The notes: generated by a model not told the origin, from the sequence alone. A stretch of 64,000 nucleotides of DNA from Eledone cirrhosa (GCA_964016885.1 OZ024740.1:186682001-186746000); one strand, 5' to 3'; counted from the stretch's first letter, positions 41,233 to 55,647 are shown. Numbers and translations are program-made.

Positions 41233-41459
41233 ATACATATATATATATATGAACAGACCTGCTTTTTCTTGAAGAATTTCTTTTTGTTTCTACACCTGCT
41301 CACTCTCCTCTATCGTTCTATTTCTTCTTTAATTTCTCATTATATATTGTGATGAAAGATTAGGGTCCAAAACTTTAAGATTATTCCTACTATATTAAGC
41401 ATGAATCTAATATATATCTTCATTGAACCACATTGTCTGTTGAGTCTTTTCCTTATACT

Positions 41460-41507
<48 letters not shown>

Positions 41508-42247
41508 TCATATATAATATGTGCATGAATATATGCATACATAAAAAAAAAAATATATATTGTTCAAATATTTGTGTTAGTTGATCTTCACAATTAATGA
41601 ACTTTGGTGTAATCATGCATAATCACTCCATGTCTTTAGCGTGCATATAAGTAAGAATTGGTATTACATGTATGGTATCAAATGGAGCATTGTTATGTTA
41701 TTATAAATGAAGAGACAACCCTATGTTTCCATGCATCAATTTATTATATTATGTAACATCTGTAATGTACATTTCAGAGGGATTAGGCAGTGATTACTGC
41801 AAAGCATTTCATTGAATGCTCTAACACTCCTGACAATCATATCAGATATTATAAACAACAATCTGAAAGAAAGAAAGGAAACAGAAAGGGGAGAAGGATG
41901 CTGAATATATTTGAATTTATTATGTCATACTTGTTAGCCTTTTTTTAAAAATATTTCAACGATGTAAGTTTGACCTTGTAAGATAATTTATCTTAGAATT
42001 CAAGATTGTCTTTATTTTTATATAATTGAGGTTGTAATCCATTTACAAATCAATCTTGTCTCTTTCTTCTTAAATAATATATTCTAAATGTCTTATGAAT
42101 TTTTCCTTTTAATGGAATTGAAGGAAAAAGAATTCAAAATATTGATTTTAATGTGTTTGGTTGTTGATTTCTAAATTACATTATCATTATCATAACATTA
42201 TTTTGATGTTATTATTGCTTTTATTATTTTCATAAGAGCAACAGCAG

Positions 42248-42396
42248 CTGTAGTAGTAGTAGTAGTGGTGGTGGTGGTGGTGGTGGTGGTGGTGGTGGTG
42301 GTGGTGGTGGTGGTGGTGGTGGTGGTGGTGGTGGTGGCGGCGGTGGTGGTGGTGGCGGTGGCGGTGGTGGCGGTGGCGGTGGTGGTGGTGGTGGTG

Positions 42397-42457
<61 letters not shown>

Positions 42458-42458
42458 A

Positions 42459-42520
<62 letters not shown>
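42248..42520. repeat. Compound triplet microsatellite (GTA/GTG/GCG/GCA)
   Basis: Direct reading. Confidence 0.95.
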
Positions 42521-43071
42521 AAATTAAACTTGTAGTATACATTTACATCTTTTGAAATAAAAACAAAATACATATTCAAGGTAATGTTTTCACAGGAAGA
42601 TTAGACAGTTCTGACTTGAATTGACAAAAATTAAAAAAACAAAATTAACCTCAGATACTGAAACATTTTGGGTTTAATCTATTGTAAAGAAATTTTATTT
42701 TTACAATAGATTAAAGTAAAAATTGATAAAATTAGAAATGCATAGCCAAATGATTAAGAAGTATGTTTGTAATCATGATGTCCTGGGTTCATTCCCAATG
42801 TATGACAACACAAGTCAATCCATATTCTCTGATTGATATTGAGTAGATTAAAATCGTACAGAAAGAAACCTATCAGATGGATTGTATGGAGATCCATGGA
42901 GAATTTGAGTAAGGGATGCTTGTGAAAAATTTAATTAGTATTGAATGGATTATTGTCCCTTATTTTCTGACTAGTACACATTCCCTATTATTGGAATGAG
43001 GACTCAGGAGCCAGACCATTTCGTAGGACACTTAGACAATGCTAGTTTGAAGTAGAGTACTACCTTCTAGT

Positions 43072-43383
43072 TCAATCCAATCCAGGGCCTGCTCATTCTT
43101 ATTGGGGGAAACCCTCTCAGGTTGACCTCTACTGCTTTCTGTTTGGGATGGTCATGTCAGGGTTGAGACTGTACTCACCACACTTGTCCAACTGGGGGGT
43201 TGGTAAAGCTATTTAACCCATAGTTAGTGTGGATGTCCATTGACTGAGGAGTTTATCTGCCCTTTTAACAGCTCTGTGATTTCTGCTGCAGCTGGGGTTC
43301 CACTTACCCTCCTCACCAGACCAGGGTCTGCTGGGGGTCTGGTTTAGTCACTGACGACTCAAACATGAAGCAAGTTGTACTGC
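43072..43383. mobile_element. GC-rich interspersed repeat, possibly RTE 5'-UTR derived
   Basis: Partial copies at 47135-47330 and 49255-49420 share CTATTTAACCCATAG and TTACCCTCCTCACCAG..CAG. Confidence 0.55.
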
Positions 43384-43791
43384 TTCATCATCAAAAAGCC
43401 TGCTTTGTTAGTGTACAAATTAGGACTTGAACTCCGCACTGCAAGCCAAGGAAGCAGTTATTAATTATAGAATGTTTCTTGCAATTCCTTTCTAGCTCTT
43501 TACACACCAAGTTAAAATTCTACCAAAGTCAATCTTCCTTTTCATCCATTTGTGGTTGATAAATAAAGTACCAATGTAGTATTGACATGAATATAATTTA
43601 ATGTTTCCTCTCTCCAAATTCCTATCCTTGTCCCTATACTAGAACACCTTGCATTTATCAGTTCTTATCCCATGATACATATATACATGAATTAGTGATT
43701 AAAAAATTAGAACTTTATGAAAAACTAAAATATTAATGGAAAAAATGAAACGAAATTTCGTTTCTCACTCTTAGTACGGCTGTTACTTAAA

Positions 43792-44017
43792 TATAAGTAT
43801 GTATACGTACATACATATATGTATACAGACGTACAGTAGTATGTATATATATATACATACATGCACACATATATATATGTACGTATGGATTCACCGGACA
43901 TTTATTATAATGCTCGGTGAATCCATACGTACATATATATGTGTGCATGTATGTATATATATATACATACTACTGTACATCTGTATACATATATGTATGT
44001 ACGTATACATACTTATA
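43792..44017. repeat. 226-bp near-perfect hairpin
   Basis: Arms of ~104 bp close on GGATTCACCG / CGGTGAATCC around an ~18-nt loop; only a few differences (a 2-nt TA indel and a CpG transition seen). Confidence 0.92.
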
Positions 44018-45584
44018 AAATATTAATTTTCAACATTTTTGAGATTTTTTTATAATCCAACTGATTGTTAAATATCAATCTGATTGAGTATAGAATCAAG
44101 TGATTCCTACCTCCTTTATATATTCTCAACTTTCCCTCACTCTCTCTTGCCTGCCCCCCCCCCCCCCCCACTTTCTCTTGCTTGATCCCCCCCACCTCTC
44201 TCTATGGCTATTCCTGCAATTGCTCTTTATAGGCAATGACAGCAGAATAGAATACAAGCAGTTCCAAAAATAATATATAAAATTTTCTTATTACTAAAGA
44301 ACCAATGAATAAAAGTGAATTTTCTCCCACTCTCATTCTTACTCTTTCTCGCCTCTATTCTTTCAGCTGACAAGACAGGGTAATAGTAATAGCAGACAAA
44401 TAAACATACATATGTATAAATATACATAAATGCTTTGACAATATACTTTTCCAACGCTGACAATTCTTTGACATCAATCATTGTTAAATAAAACTAAGTT
44501 TGCAGCTCAGTAAAAGTAGATATGTTTTTTAGGGGAGAGTTGGCATCTATATTTTAAGTAGATTATTTATTTATTTAGTCAGGAATAAATTTGCCTGTTT
44601 TCTCCATGAAACTGTCTTTTTCTAAACTGACAGCCTCTTTGAAGCTAAATACCCAAGTTTGTCAGCTTATTTATAGGAGTTTTCAAAGCTTCATAGCTTT
44701 AAAAAAAACAAAAAAAAAATACCAACTAGAGCAGTGGATCTCAAACTCTTTTCAGGTCATGTCAATCTACCTACTTTGTCTCCACCAGCTCTCCTATTCA
44801 GTATATTATAAAAGCAATATTCAGAATAATAGTTTAGATAACAAAATGAGAGATAATGTTTGGCTTTTGATACATTATTCAGCTACAAAGGAAATGTTTG
44901 TAAGGTAGTGAGTGTAGCCCATTGATCTAACCTATTATATTACCAGTACTTATTTTATCAAAGAGCAGCACATTAGCAGAGTTGTTAGAATGTCAGCAAG
45001 AGTACCTAGCAATGTTCCTCTGGCTTTCTGAACTCTAAGTTAAAATCTTGTTATGGCCAACGTTGCCTTTCAACCTTTTGATGTCAATAAAGAAAGTGCT
45101 AGACCAGCACAGTTGATTTGTGGAATTGTTAGAGTGTAAACAAACACATTGGAAAGGAGTAGTATGCCATCAACAAGTTATCTCAAGTGAGAAAATCTAG
45201 ACTTTCAGACAACATAAAAAGAACCTCTTTCTAGCAACTGTTACCTCTGCAATGGTGAAATGTGAAATGAAGTCCAACCCAGACCAGGAATTGAACCCAT
45301 GGCATTATGGTCGTAAGTCGAACACCCTAACTACTGGCCCATGCTAGTTGAAATACATCAAAATATACACCACATTAAGAAGAATCATTAAGATGAATTT
45401 TCTAAGCCTGGTCATAATTTTAAATGAAATAACTTGGATGAATCTATCTTTTCAATAAGAGAATGGATGATTACTCATGTAATAATTCAATACTATAATA
45501 CCTGGAAATGTGTCTTGTAACCACACTACAACATAGTTTTTACTTCACATGTTTATATACAACTCACAGTTTAAGGTCCAGTCC

Positions 45585-45890
45585 ACCTCATGGTGACAGC
45601 AGACAGAATGGAAAACATATTGCTCCAAAGGATGGTGAGGGAGACACTGAACTGATGGGGCTCATTCTTGTGGGTAGCAACTCTGCCCTGACAACAGTGA
45701 GTAGAGATGTAGTCGATTGGCCAGGAACATTGGAAGCGTCTACTGCCACAGACATGAGCACTAACTTATCAGAAGGCATCTGATACTTCAATAGTTTGCT
45801 CTCTCTAGCCTGACGAACAGAATAGCCTGGGATGGTAGATGAATGTGCCAGTATGTCACTAGAGAAGGTGTTGCGGTATCTAGCTTCATT
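45585..45890 (-). pseudogene. CRE-like RLE 3' fragment
   Basis: NTFSSDILAHSSTIPGYSVRQARESKLLKY..SDKLVLMSVAVDASNVPG..KNEP..SLTILWSNMFSIL; homologous to the 24156 and 52865 fragments; the GC-richer block probably extends to ~46240. Confidence 0.65.
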
Positions 45891-48130
45891 GATGAAGGGC
45901 CTACCATCACAGAACAGGAAGACTTCGATACACTCTGGTCTTTTACCATCTCCTCAGTCCAGCTCGAGCTGGGAAAGAAAGCCTGTGCTGTCCATGCCAT
46001 ATTTTATGATCTTGCCAAGAACAGCATGGCATGGAGGTAGCCAGCATTATAACAGTGTGACAGTGGGTGGAGACAGAAAGAATCTGCAGTTGTCTGAACT
46101 GACATTGGTGAGGTTCACAGATCTGAAGACAGAGTCTTAGGCAATGTGCAAACAGTCACTGTCCAGCTGAATGCTATTCAAGAGTGATGGTACAGTGATA
46201 AGGCAGGCACTGCTGAGGTTGGAAGTGGATATATGCTGCTTAGTCTAAGGTTTCCATTATAATATGACATGGTTGACATTCTTATATTCACTGCTCACTT
46301 TCTAAAGATATAAGGGGGCTTGAAAACCTATTGATATAGCTTAGCTAATATGTTGTATGGTTCATACTTTTATGATAAGTCTAATGTGATACATAAGGAA
46401 GCTATATTTCCCCAAATTTATTCTGCAACAGATGCTAAGGTTGACTATTTTGTATGTTACCTTAACTTATTATACCTCTGTGTATTTATGTTAAATGACT
46501 GCAAAGTCCTTATCTCAATATAAATTGCTCATTACAGAATGTAGATTCTATCATGTAAATGTTACATAAGACAACTAGCTCACATATTTTGGTGGTGTCA
46601 GCAAAAACACAATGATTCTTATCTAACTTGTGTTTATTACAGTGTTATGTTCATCTTTATTTAATAATGGCAAACTGCCTACTGAATTCTATTGTTTCTA
46701 ATGATAAGGTCATTGAAATTAGTAGATAAACATCAGCAATATTATAGAAAAACAAGCAAGCCTCTACATGGGAGATCAACCTGCTAGAAATAAAAGCCAA
46801 ATCTCCTTCAAATCCTGCCGACCTACTATAATTGGAAGAAAGAATTAGATAAAGCCTCTAGTATTTATGTTTCACAATATAATCATTAGATGTCTCAATT
46901 AATTTGGCTGCAATATATTCATTAAGTTGTTATAAGTCTTATAATTATCAAATAATTATACAGTGCAGCAGAATTAGTTAAGACAACTAAAGATTAAATA
47001 GTGTAAAAGAATTAGTCATCTCACTGACAGCATGCCACTTGTGTAAAATCTCTACTAATTCAGTCACTCTATAATCATTTATTGGAGACTGTAGTGTTGA
47101 GAAGAGCATCAACCTTTTTGATACCAATCCCATCCCATCCAATCCAATTGCCTGTTAATGAGGCTATTTCACCCACAGTTGAGCATTGACTCCGAGGAGA
47201 TCATCCACTCTTTTTACAGCTATTGTTTTTGTGCTTGTGGGGTTCTATTTACCCTCCTCACCAGGCCAGTGTCTGGTGAGGAAGCCAGTTTAGTCTCCAA
47301 ACACTCCACCATGAAGTACGTTGTTTTGGAATACTGATCTAACATATTTGAGGTTCTATGATATAAAAGTGTTTGTTTCAAAATGTTTATATTTACCTAA
47401 AAACCTCCCTACATAATAGTGTGTAAGAAACTTTGTTAAGCTATGCTCCACGTTACAGTTTAATAATGAGACATTTAGTTATATTACTAAAGCCTTCCAA
47501 ATTCTTTTTATTTTCCAAATTTTTGAAAATCGTAGACATTGTCTTTCATTATAAATATAAAAATGAAAGTGTCAAGTCTAGCTGAAGACATTACATACTT
47601 GACACCATCTTTAGTGTTAGTGCCATGATAAAATGTACCCAGTACACTCTGCAAAGTAGTTAACATTGCAAAAAGCATTCAGTTGTAGAAACCATGCCAA
47701 CAATAGTATGTACAAGCTAGATGTGGTCCTCTGACCTAAATAGAAAGCTAGTTATTCCCAATAGCAATTGACTCAGATATTGATACTATGTTCAACCCAT
47801 ACCAGCATGGAAAATAGACATAAAATGATGATGATGATATGGTGATGATATGATGAAGTTGTTGGTGATGCCTCTATAAAACCTATTAGTTGTCTATACT
47901 AATTCTACCACCCTATATAATCATTATTAGATGTCTTGGAAATTCTCAATGAATCATGAGAATCACTATGTCGCATGTTTCACCTATCAATAAAACCAAT
48001 CAAAATGAAAAAAAAAATACTCCCCGCTCTCTCACACACATACATATATGTGTGTGCGTGTGTATGCAATGTATATATATGAATATATGAATATATGTAT
48101 ACACACAGACATACAGACACACACACACAC

Positions 48131-48185
<55 letters not shown>

Positions 48186-48680
48186 TGTATGTATATATAT
48201 GTAAATATATATGCATATATATATATATGCATCTATATGTATGTGTATTGAAAAGTCTAATAACTAAATACAATGAAGAATAAAAAAAATAAAATAAAAC
48301 CAAGAAAAAAATCAATACTACATATGTCATAATTATTCAATTTTCCACCCACCAGCTAACAACATCTTGCTCTATGTTTATTACGTTTCAATAGGTGAAT
48401 TATTACTTAATTTGACAAGAAATATCTCTCTCCACCACACAAATAAAAAAAAGGCCAAACAGAAAAGAAGGAAAAATTACAGAAACATAAAAAGCATTTT
48501 TTTCTCGTAAAACAGAGAAAAAAAATAATAAGCCTACTATCTGTATTTCTCTTTCTCTCTCTATTATCACTCTTATATGTTCTGTCTCTATCATTTGTTC
48601 TCTCATTTTACTCCCCACTTCTGTTCTCACCCTTCTTGTTTCTTTTGTTGCTTATTTTCATTTTCTAATATTTCAATATA

Positions 48681-49222
48681 TACCATATATTCTGGCATAC
48701 AAGGCAACATTTTAACCTTAAAGTATCCAAACAAAAATAGAGGATGGGTTCGTTTTATACTCTAGGTATAATGCATGAAGCTTAACCCTTTGAACCAGAG
48801 CATTTGAATTATCAGCTGCAATTTGGTAGTACCCACAATAGAAGAAGCCAATCTTTTGACCACCAAGTGTCCTAGTTTATGCACCCTAAATAAACATAAG
48901 CTTTATTTTATGTATGGCTTGTTATGATCAGCAGTACATTTGTCTCCTTGTATGAATTTTTCTGACTTTTGCAGATCTAAATCATAAAACAAAAATTTAC
49001 AGGAAGAAAATAATTTTTGAAAACCACAAATATATATTTTTTTAGATTAGTCTAGTGTAGAGGCTGCAAAACATTCAGGAGTTTGACAATCAAAGAGTTA
49101 AATACTATGGCAAACGGTAGGTAGTTAGTATATATGATGGCTAACAGTAGGTTATGCCCTTCCTTGATAACTATTAATGCATCTTATATATCCAGTTGTC
49201 TTATACACCCAACAATTCAGTA
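48681..49222. mobile_element. Tc1/mariner-type (Tc2-like) MITE containing a nested TTAA MITE (48782-49101)
   Basis: Degenerate TIRs TACCATATATTCTGGCATACAAG / CTTATACACCCAACAATTCAGTA; inner TTAACCCTTTGA ... TCAAAGAGTTAA. Confidence 0.5.
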
Positions 49223-51490
49223 TTTACAACATTAAATCAAGATTGTTATAAAGATCCAATCCAATCAAACCCAGGGCTTTATCACTCCTGTTGGAGAAAC
49301 CACTCTCTGGTTGACCTCCAATGCTTTCTGTTTTATTTTGGTTGTCAGAGGGTATAGCTATATTGCAGGTTCGTGAGGTTATTTAACCCATAGCTGGAGT
49401 GGATGGCCATTGACTCTGGTAAAAAATAATGGGATGTTAAGATGTTCAACATTTTAAATGTTTTTATTGTTGTTTAGTCATAGGCCAGTGCTAACTGAAC
49501 AGATTAATAATGAAAACCTATAATCAATGTTTATCAAATATTATCCAACAATAACATTAGAAATTTATCAAACAATTAACCTCATCATTAAAGATGAAAA
49601 ATGTCACAATATTGTCACCTACACTATGTTTAGACATGTCTGCTCTTCAATCATCGTCTGGTATCTTATTTACAGATGTGTACTCAGTCCTGGTACAGGA
49701 ACCATTATTTCTAAAAAAAGGATATTAATGAACATTTGTATGCTTCTTCTTATCATGTACACACTTATAACTGTTGCTTGTGGTGGTGATAGGATAAGCA
49801 GTGTCTCATGAATACTCCCAGGGCCACAGCGTGGATGCTCCTATCTTGACCACATGCATTATGCTACTGAGTAGTTAAGTAGTTTGTTTCACAATCATGA
49901 AGTCCTGGCATCTTGGGCAAGTGTCTCTTTATTTCATCAAAGCCTCAGCTCAACCCACACGATGTGAGGCAAATTGGGTAGATGCATGGAAACATATCAC
50001 ATGCCAAACTATATTTAGACCTTGGGAGGCCTAGGGCAGTTGAGGTTTGGATCGCCCCTCATATCACAACACACGCATATGTATGCGTGTGTGTGTGTAT
50101 GTATGTAAATGTATATATAGATATATAGATATAGATATGTAGATATAAGATGGAAAAGACAGAAGGAGACAGGGAAGATGGGACTCTGTTTGGGGGTGGG
50201 GTGCTCTGTTTCATGAGAGGAGGGCCAGATAATTTACCCTCACCTCCCCATTAAATCCAGCCCTGATCACATTGATTATACTTCAAAAATCTCCCCTTTT
50301 GACAGATTTTAACTTGCTGAATGTACATATGGCTGGGGAATATTTAGTTACATACATGTTAACTTCATCAAACACCTGAATGCTTATCCTTGAAACTAGT
50401 GAATCTAATGGATCACCTGGTAATCTAATGGATAAGAACTATTCTTAGTTTAGAAATAAAAGTTTTTAGTTTGAATCCACTGTGTGATTATATTTAGTCT
50501 GAAATTGAATACAAATTTTCATCTCTGAAAATGAGGTTAATAGTAAAATGAAAAACAATCATATTTATATATTTAATCCTTAGAACATTAAAATACCAAA
50601 GTCAGATCTGATAATATTAGTCATTATTTGAGGACCAATATTAGCTTTTCAAGATACATGGACTGGCAGAATTGTTATAGTGTTGTAAAAATGATTTGTA
50701 ATATTTATTCTGGCTCTTTAAATTCTAATTTCAAATCCTTCTGGGGCCAACTTCCCTTTTCAACCTTTTAGGGTGTGTAAAATAAAGTGTCAATCATGTA
50801 TTGAGGTTGATATAATTAACAGTCTCTTCCCCACACCTAATTCCTAGTTTATGTCAGAAGTGATATTTTTTTTCCTTAAAAAATATTGAATGCAAATGTT
50901 TTATTCTTACTGGAACTAATCAAGAGAAGTGTAGACTTACCATAACTTGTTGAAATATTAACAATGAAAGCTTTTCGTAAATATATAGAAATTTATATTT
51001 AATGAGTGAATGCAGTCTGAGACTAGTCCAGTCATGTTTCACTGATGTTGAAACTTTTTAGGAAATATCGACTTAATATATTTTGCTGAATCATTAACAA
51101 TTCATGTAAATATAGAGATATGTATATGTAATGGTGTAGAGAAAAATAATTAATGAGAAATGAAATAATTTTGATATGTCATTCACATGAGACCCACTCC
51201 AGACAGGTTTCATTTTTGTTGGAACTTTTCAGCAGAAGTGCAAATTCAATGCAACTTGCAGGCGTATTAGCAATCGCATCACTAAGTAAACAAACAAACA
51301 AAAAAAATGTATATTTGTTGGTGGGAAGTAAAAGAACTAAGGTAAAATTAAATTATTCTTAGACGTCATCTGCATTATGTTAAAGGAGGCAGTAAAAGCA
51401 ATAAGAAATAGTGTTTTCCTTAGCTGTTTTTCAACATTATATAGATTAATTCTGACATATTAGTAAATTCTTACATGCCAAGATACTTAC

Positions 51491-51553
51491 CAACTCCTTG
51501 AGAACAAATGGGAAATAATACTGAAATGCTGCACAATAATCTATGATAGGAAC
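51491..51553 (-). other. Candidate 63-nt exon
   Basis: Acceptor ttttgtaatag, consensus donor G|gtaagt; phase 0 gives VPIIDYCAAFQYYFPFVLKEL. Confidence 0.2.
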
Positions 51554-52864
51554 CTATTACAAAATCTTATGTTGATATTATGAGCAGAGATTCAAAGTAT
51601 AAAATGTGTTCCTTCATTAAATACATTAGATAAGAATAAAGTTATAATCATAAGGCTGAAATCATTTGCACTTGGGCAGAGTGAACGTGAATATTCAGAA
51701 GTTGAAAGTAGATTTCCTGCAAGAAAACTAGATAAACAGCAGCTTCTAGGCAAAATCTTGATAGAATCTTCTTGTTTGATTTTTCATGTTGTGCAACTAG
51801 TTTTATTGGGGAAAATATTGAAAGCAGTCAATCTAAAATATATACAATAGCCTTCAAAATACCATTAAAAGTATCTAGACTGAATCTAAAAGTAGTCAGA
51901 CATACAGCATTCTGTTTATAACAGCCAGCACTTAACACAAATCAATGAAAGTGCTGTTTTGTAATTTAGGGACAACAAGATTTGTTTTTTTAATAAAATA
52001 AAAAAACAATGATGCTAGAGCTGAAGAGATCAACAAGAAGCAGAGAAATATATAGATATAGATAAACATAGAGAGAGAGTGAAAATGAAAGAGAGATAAA
52101 TAGATAGTGATAATAGAAATAAAGAGAAATAGATAGAGAAAGAGAGATATAAATAGGCAGGGGAGAGATTATTAGAGAAAGAAAGTGTAAAACATTTGCT
52201 AATCTATACATGTTTATTGGATACAAAATTGTTCTGTCTTGACTTGAAGAAGTCTTTTATTCTAAAACACATTTGACCTAAGCATTTACCTAATGTTTTC
52301 TTTCATCACAAAAGATCAATTTTTGATTATCTCAAAATATTTTCCTTTATGTATGTGTATTTGTGAATATGTGTGCAACAGCATTAGTATAATGTATGTA
52401 TTTTTCAAGTTTATGTATGTATGCTTGAGAAAGAGAGAGAACGAGAGAGAGAGAGAGTGGGGAGAGAAAATTATTCTAAAATTTTAAAAACTTACTTTTG
52501 TAATCAATATTTCTAAACTAAAATTCATTCCTTAAAATTCTGCTTTTCAAAAAATATATGACAGTACTGCATGTATATATACATTAACTAAGACTTGTAA
52601 CTTGGAAAGTTACATTATAAAATCATTTCAATAAGATCTGTATATGCAAATATATTTCAAATAATCCAATTCTTCCCCCAAAGGAGAAATATCTGTTGGT
52701 TATAAACTTACTGTAGCCAAGAGAAACTGAGATTAATTAATATTAGTTGATGTTATAATCATAGTTATAAACCTGAATTAATACTTATTTCATTTCTCAA
52801 CCTACTCATGCTCCTGGAAGTAAATCTAATCCACATGTTACCACCATCAATGGATTTTAAGGGT

Positions 52865-53220
52865 TAGTCTGCCTCCTGGTCCCAGCTGTCAGGATGGAGA
52901 AGATATTGCCCTGGAGGATGGTGAGGGTGATATGGTAGAACAGCCACTCTACCTCACAGGGCTTTCACTTGTGGGCATCCAACTCTGACCAGATAGCAGT
53001 GAACAGGGATGTTACTTGGAGGTCAAGAATGCTGGAAGTCCCCACTGACACAGGTTCAACCACAAACCTATCTGAAAGTGATCGATACTTGGTCAGTTTG
53101 CACTCTTAGGCCTGACAGACAGTGAAATATAGGCTGGTAGCTGAATTCACTAGGTTGCCACTAGAGAAGTTGTCACATGTGGCATCCCAGATGAGGGACC
53201 AAACCCTGAGAAATGGGAAG
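52865..53220 (-). pseudogene. CRE-like RLE 3' fragment
   Basis: SLIWDATC..FSSGNL...KLTKYRSLSDRFVVEPVSVGTS...PCEVEWLFYHITLTILQGNIFSIL. Confidence 0.72.
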
Positions 53221-53834
53221 GTTGTCATACCATCTATCTATTTTCATGCTTGCATGAGTTGGACATGTTATTATGGACCAGATTATTCAGAGCTACTGTA
53301 CTCCTATAGTTTACATCTTTTGGCATGGATTCTATGGCCTGATGCCCTTCTTAATACCAACCATTTTCCAGAGTGTACTAAGCACATTTTATCATGGCAC
53401 CAGCACTAGATAGGTTGTGACATCCTTGGTGTGACTAAAGAGTTTTCTTGATTTTTGGGGTTCTTTCCTAAATGCATCCCACTTTATAAGTGTACTTGGT
53501 GAATATCATCATGGTATCAGCACTAGAGAGATTGTCCTGTCCTTAGTATGACTAGAGTCCTCTCTTCCCTATGTAATTTACCTTGACATTAACACATTTA
53601 TGTTAACAATTATTGCAGTCTCAATAAATTGCAGTCTCAATAAATTTGTTTCAAATCTCTCTTGAAATATCATCTTAAAGAAGAAAGAGATATGTAGTCC
53701 TAGATAGTGTCAGAATTAAAAAAAAGAAATGATCACAACTACGATGCTTTTGATATGACTTTCCTGGGTAAACAACAACACTGTCGACCAGAAGTGGAGA
53801 TTTTACATGGACATTATTCTTAATAAATGTTGAC

Positions 53835-54078
53835 ATTTAGTGGTTAGAGAACTGGATTCACAATCATGATGTTCAAGTCGATTCCTGGAACAGGCAATAC
53901 ACTATGCCTTTGAGTAAGACATTTTATTTCACATTGCTCCTTCTGCCACGGGTTGTGACTGATAGATAGTATCAGCAATGGAAAGACCAATAGAAAGATT
54001 GTTTTCGTTGTCTGATTTGATGAGTTCTACCTCACTCAATAAGCAAATGAAGTCTGGAATCTTGTCGATCATTTAAAG
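53835..54078 (+). mobile_element. tRNA-derived SINE family C
   Basis: TTAGTGGTTAGAG head, GTCGATTCC B-box-like; body matches 33480-33735 reversed. Confidence 0.7.
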
Positions 54079-54631
54079 AAAAGTGTAGAAACTAAGTTTT
54101 CTTTAATAACCTCCATCATAATTAAAATGAAGACATTATTTAAGCATCTAAAACAAATTTCTTACAATCCTTATGATAATTAGTATCAACTGGGTTATGT
54201 CTGAATGTTAGGGCAGCCAGATGCAAGATAAGTCTAGCTATAAACTTAAACTGAACAGATCCTCAATGTTTGGCAACTGTCTGTATGAATAGAGCTAATC
54301 ATCCTACTCAATATTAATACAAGTCTTGAACCAACACGTTTAAACCTCCAGTAATAGCAATCAAACTCTTTCAAATCACCACTTACCATTTTCGAAAAAA
54401 AAAAGAATTGGATATTGTCGTCTGTGCACAAAAAAAAACAAACACAAATTGATGAAGGTTAAATTATCAATGATCACAGGTCGGGACTAGACAATAACAT
54501 TTGTTAGCTGGGATCTTCTAAATATTAGATTGCAAGATCATTCATCAAAATCACACCTCTTCATCACCTCTGATGCCACTCCATCTTCTCCATGAAGAAT
54601 ATTAAGAAGCCAGAGAAGATTACTAATGTAG

Positions 54632-55212
54632 GTGGGATGCTGCCAGAATTGGTTGACGACTTCCTGTATTTGGGAGCAAAGATTGGGAATATGGAAGTTG
54701 ATGAGGAAGAGCAAAGCCTGGGCGGCATGCCACAGCCTGAGATCGGTGTGGAAGTCAGACCTTCGTAAAGACCTAAAGATCTGCCTCTTCATTGCTGTAG
54801 TGGAGTCTGTGCTGCTGTACGGGTCTGATACTTCAACACTGACCAAGAAACTCACTCAGATGGTGGATGGGTGCTACACGAGAATGGTGAGGATGGCTCT
54901 GAATATTAATCAGTATACACTGAGGATGAAGAACTCAGAGCTGTAAGGGAGCCTTCAAAAGTCATCTCGAAAGTGACACAGAAGAGACTGAGGTTAGCTG
55001 GACATGCTCACCAACATCCATAGTTGATACTGCACTCAGTGCTCCTGCATGGAGACACTGGAAGAGGAAGACCGAGGTTAACATATGTTGATGACCTGAG
55101 GATAGACACTGGTCTCTTGCAGACGCAGGACATGGCAGTCATAATGAGGGACAGAGACCGCTGGAGAGAACTCGTCCATGGATCTCAGAAATTTTACCCA
55201 CCCTAGATAGAT
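54632..55212 (+). pseudogene. RTE-X-like LINE 3' fragment
   Basis: VDDFLYLG, KAWAACHSLRSVWKS, VVESVLLYGS, DGCYTRMVRMALNI, RLRLAGH, GRGRPRLTYVDDL, MRDRDRWR; TAGATAGAT end. Confidence 0.85.
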
Positions 55213-55604
55213 CATTAAAGCACCATACAAAATGCCTCACAATATTTAGTTATGTCATTTTATATTCAGAGTTCAAATACCGCTGAAGTACTTTGCTTCT
55301 CCTCTTGCCAAGGGTTGATAAAATACATACCAATCAAATACTGTGTTTGATTTACTTGCCTATACCACTCCACCAAACCTCTGGTGTAGTAGATTTCATA
55401 GACCATTATATATATATATACCTGTTGAAATGGCAAGAGCTCAGCTGTCACTCTTTGTCTCTATAGTGAGGTTGATTCGTTCTTTATTTCTCAATATAAA
55501 ATAAGTACCAGTTATAAACTAAAGCCAATTAAACTGACTATCTTTTTATTCACTATGAATTTGTAGCCTTTGTTCCAGTGTTAGAAATCAATTACATTCT
55601 GATA

Positions 55605-55647
<43 letters not shown>

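Noticed and set aside
42190-42579. Poly-His/Tyr/Thr/Val ORFs, and similar ORFs at 19078-19591, 24614-24940, 32177-32500 and the many YIYI ORFs
   Set aside because: Stop-free translations of microsatellites
42674-42714. Short AT-rich palindrome (also 43747-43764)
   Set aside because: Short and low-complexity; no associated structure
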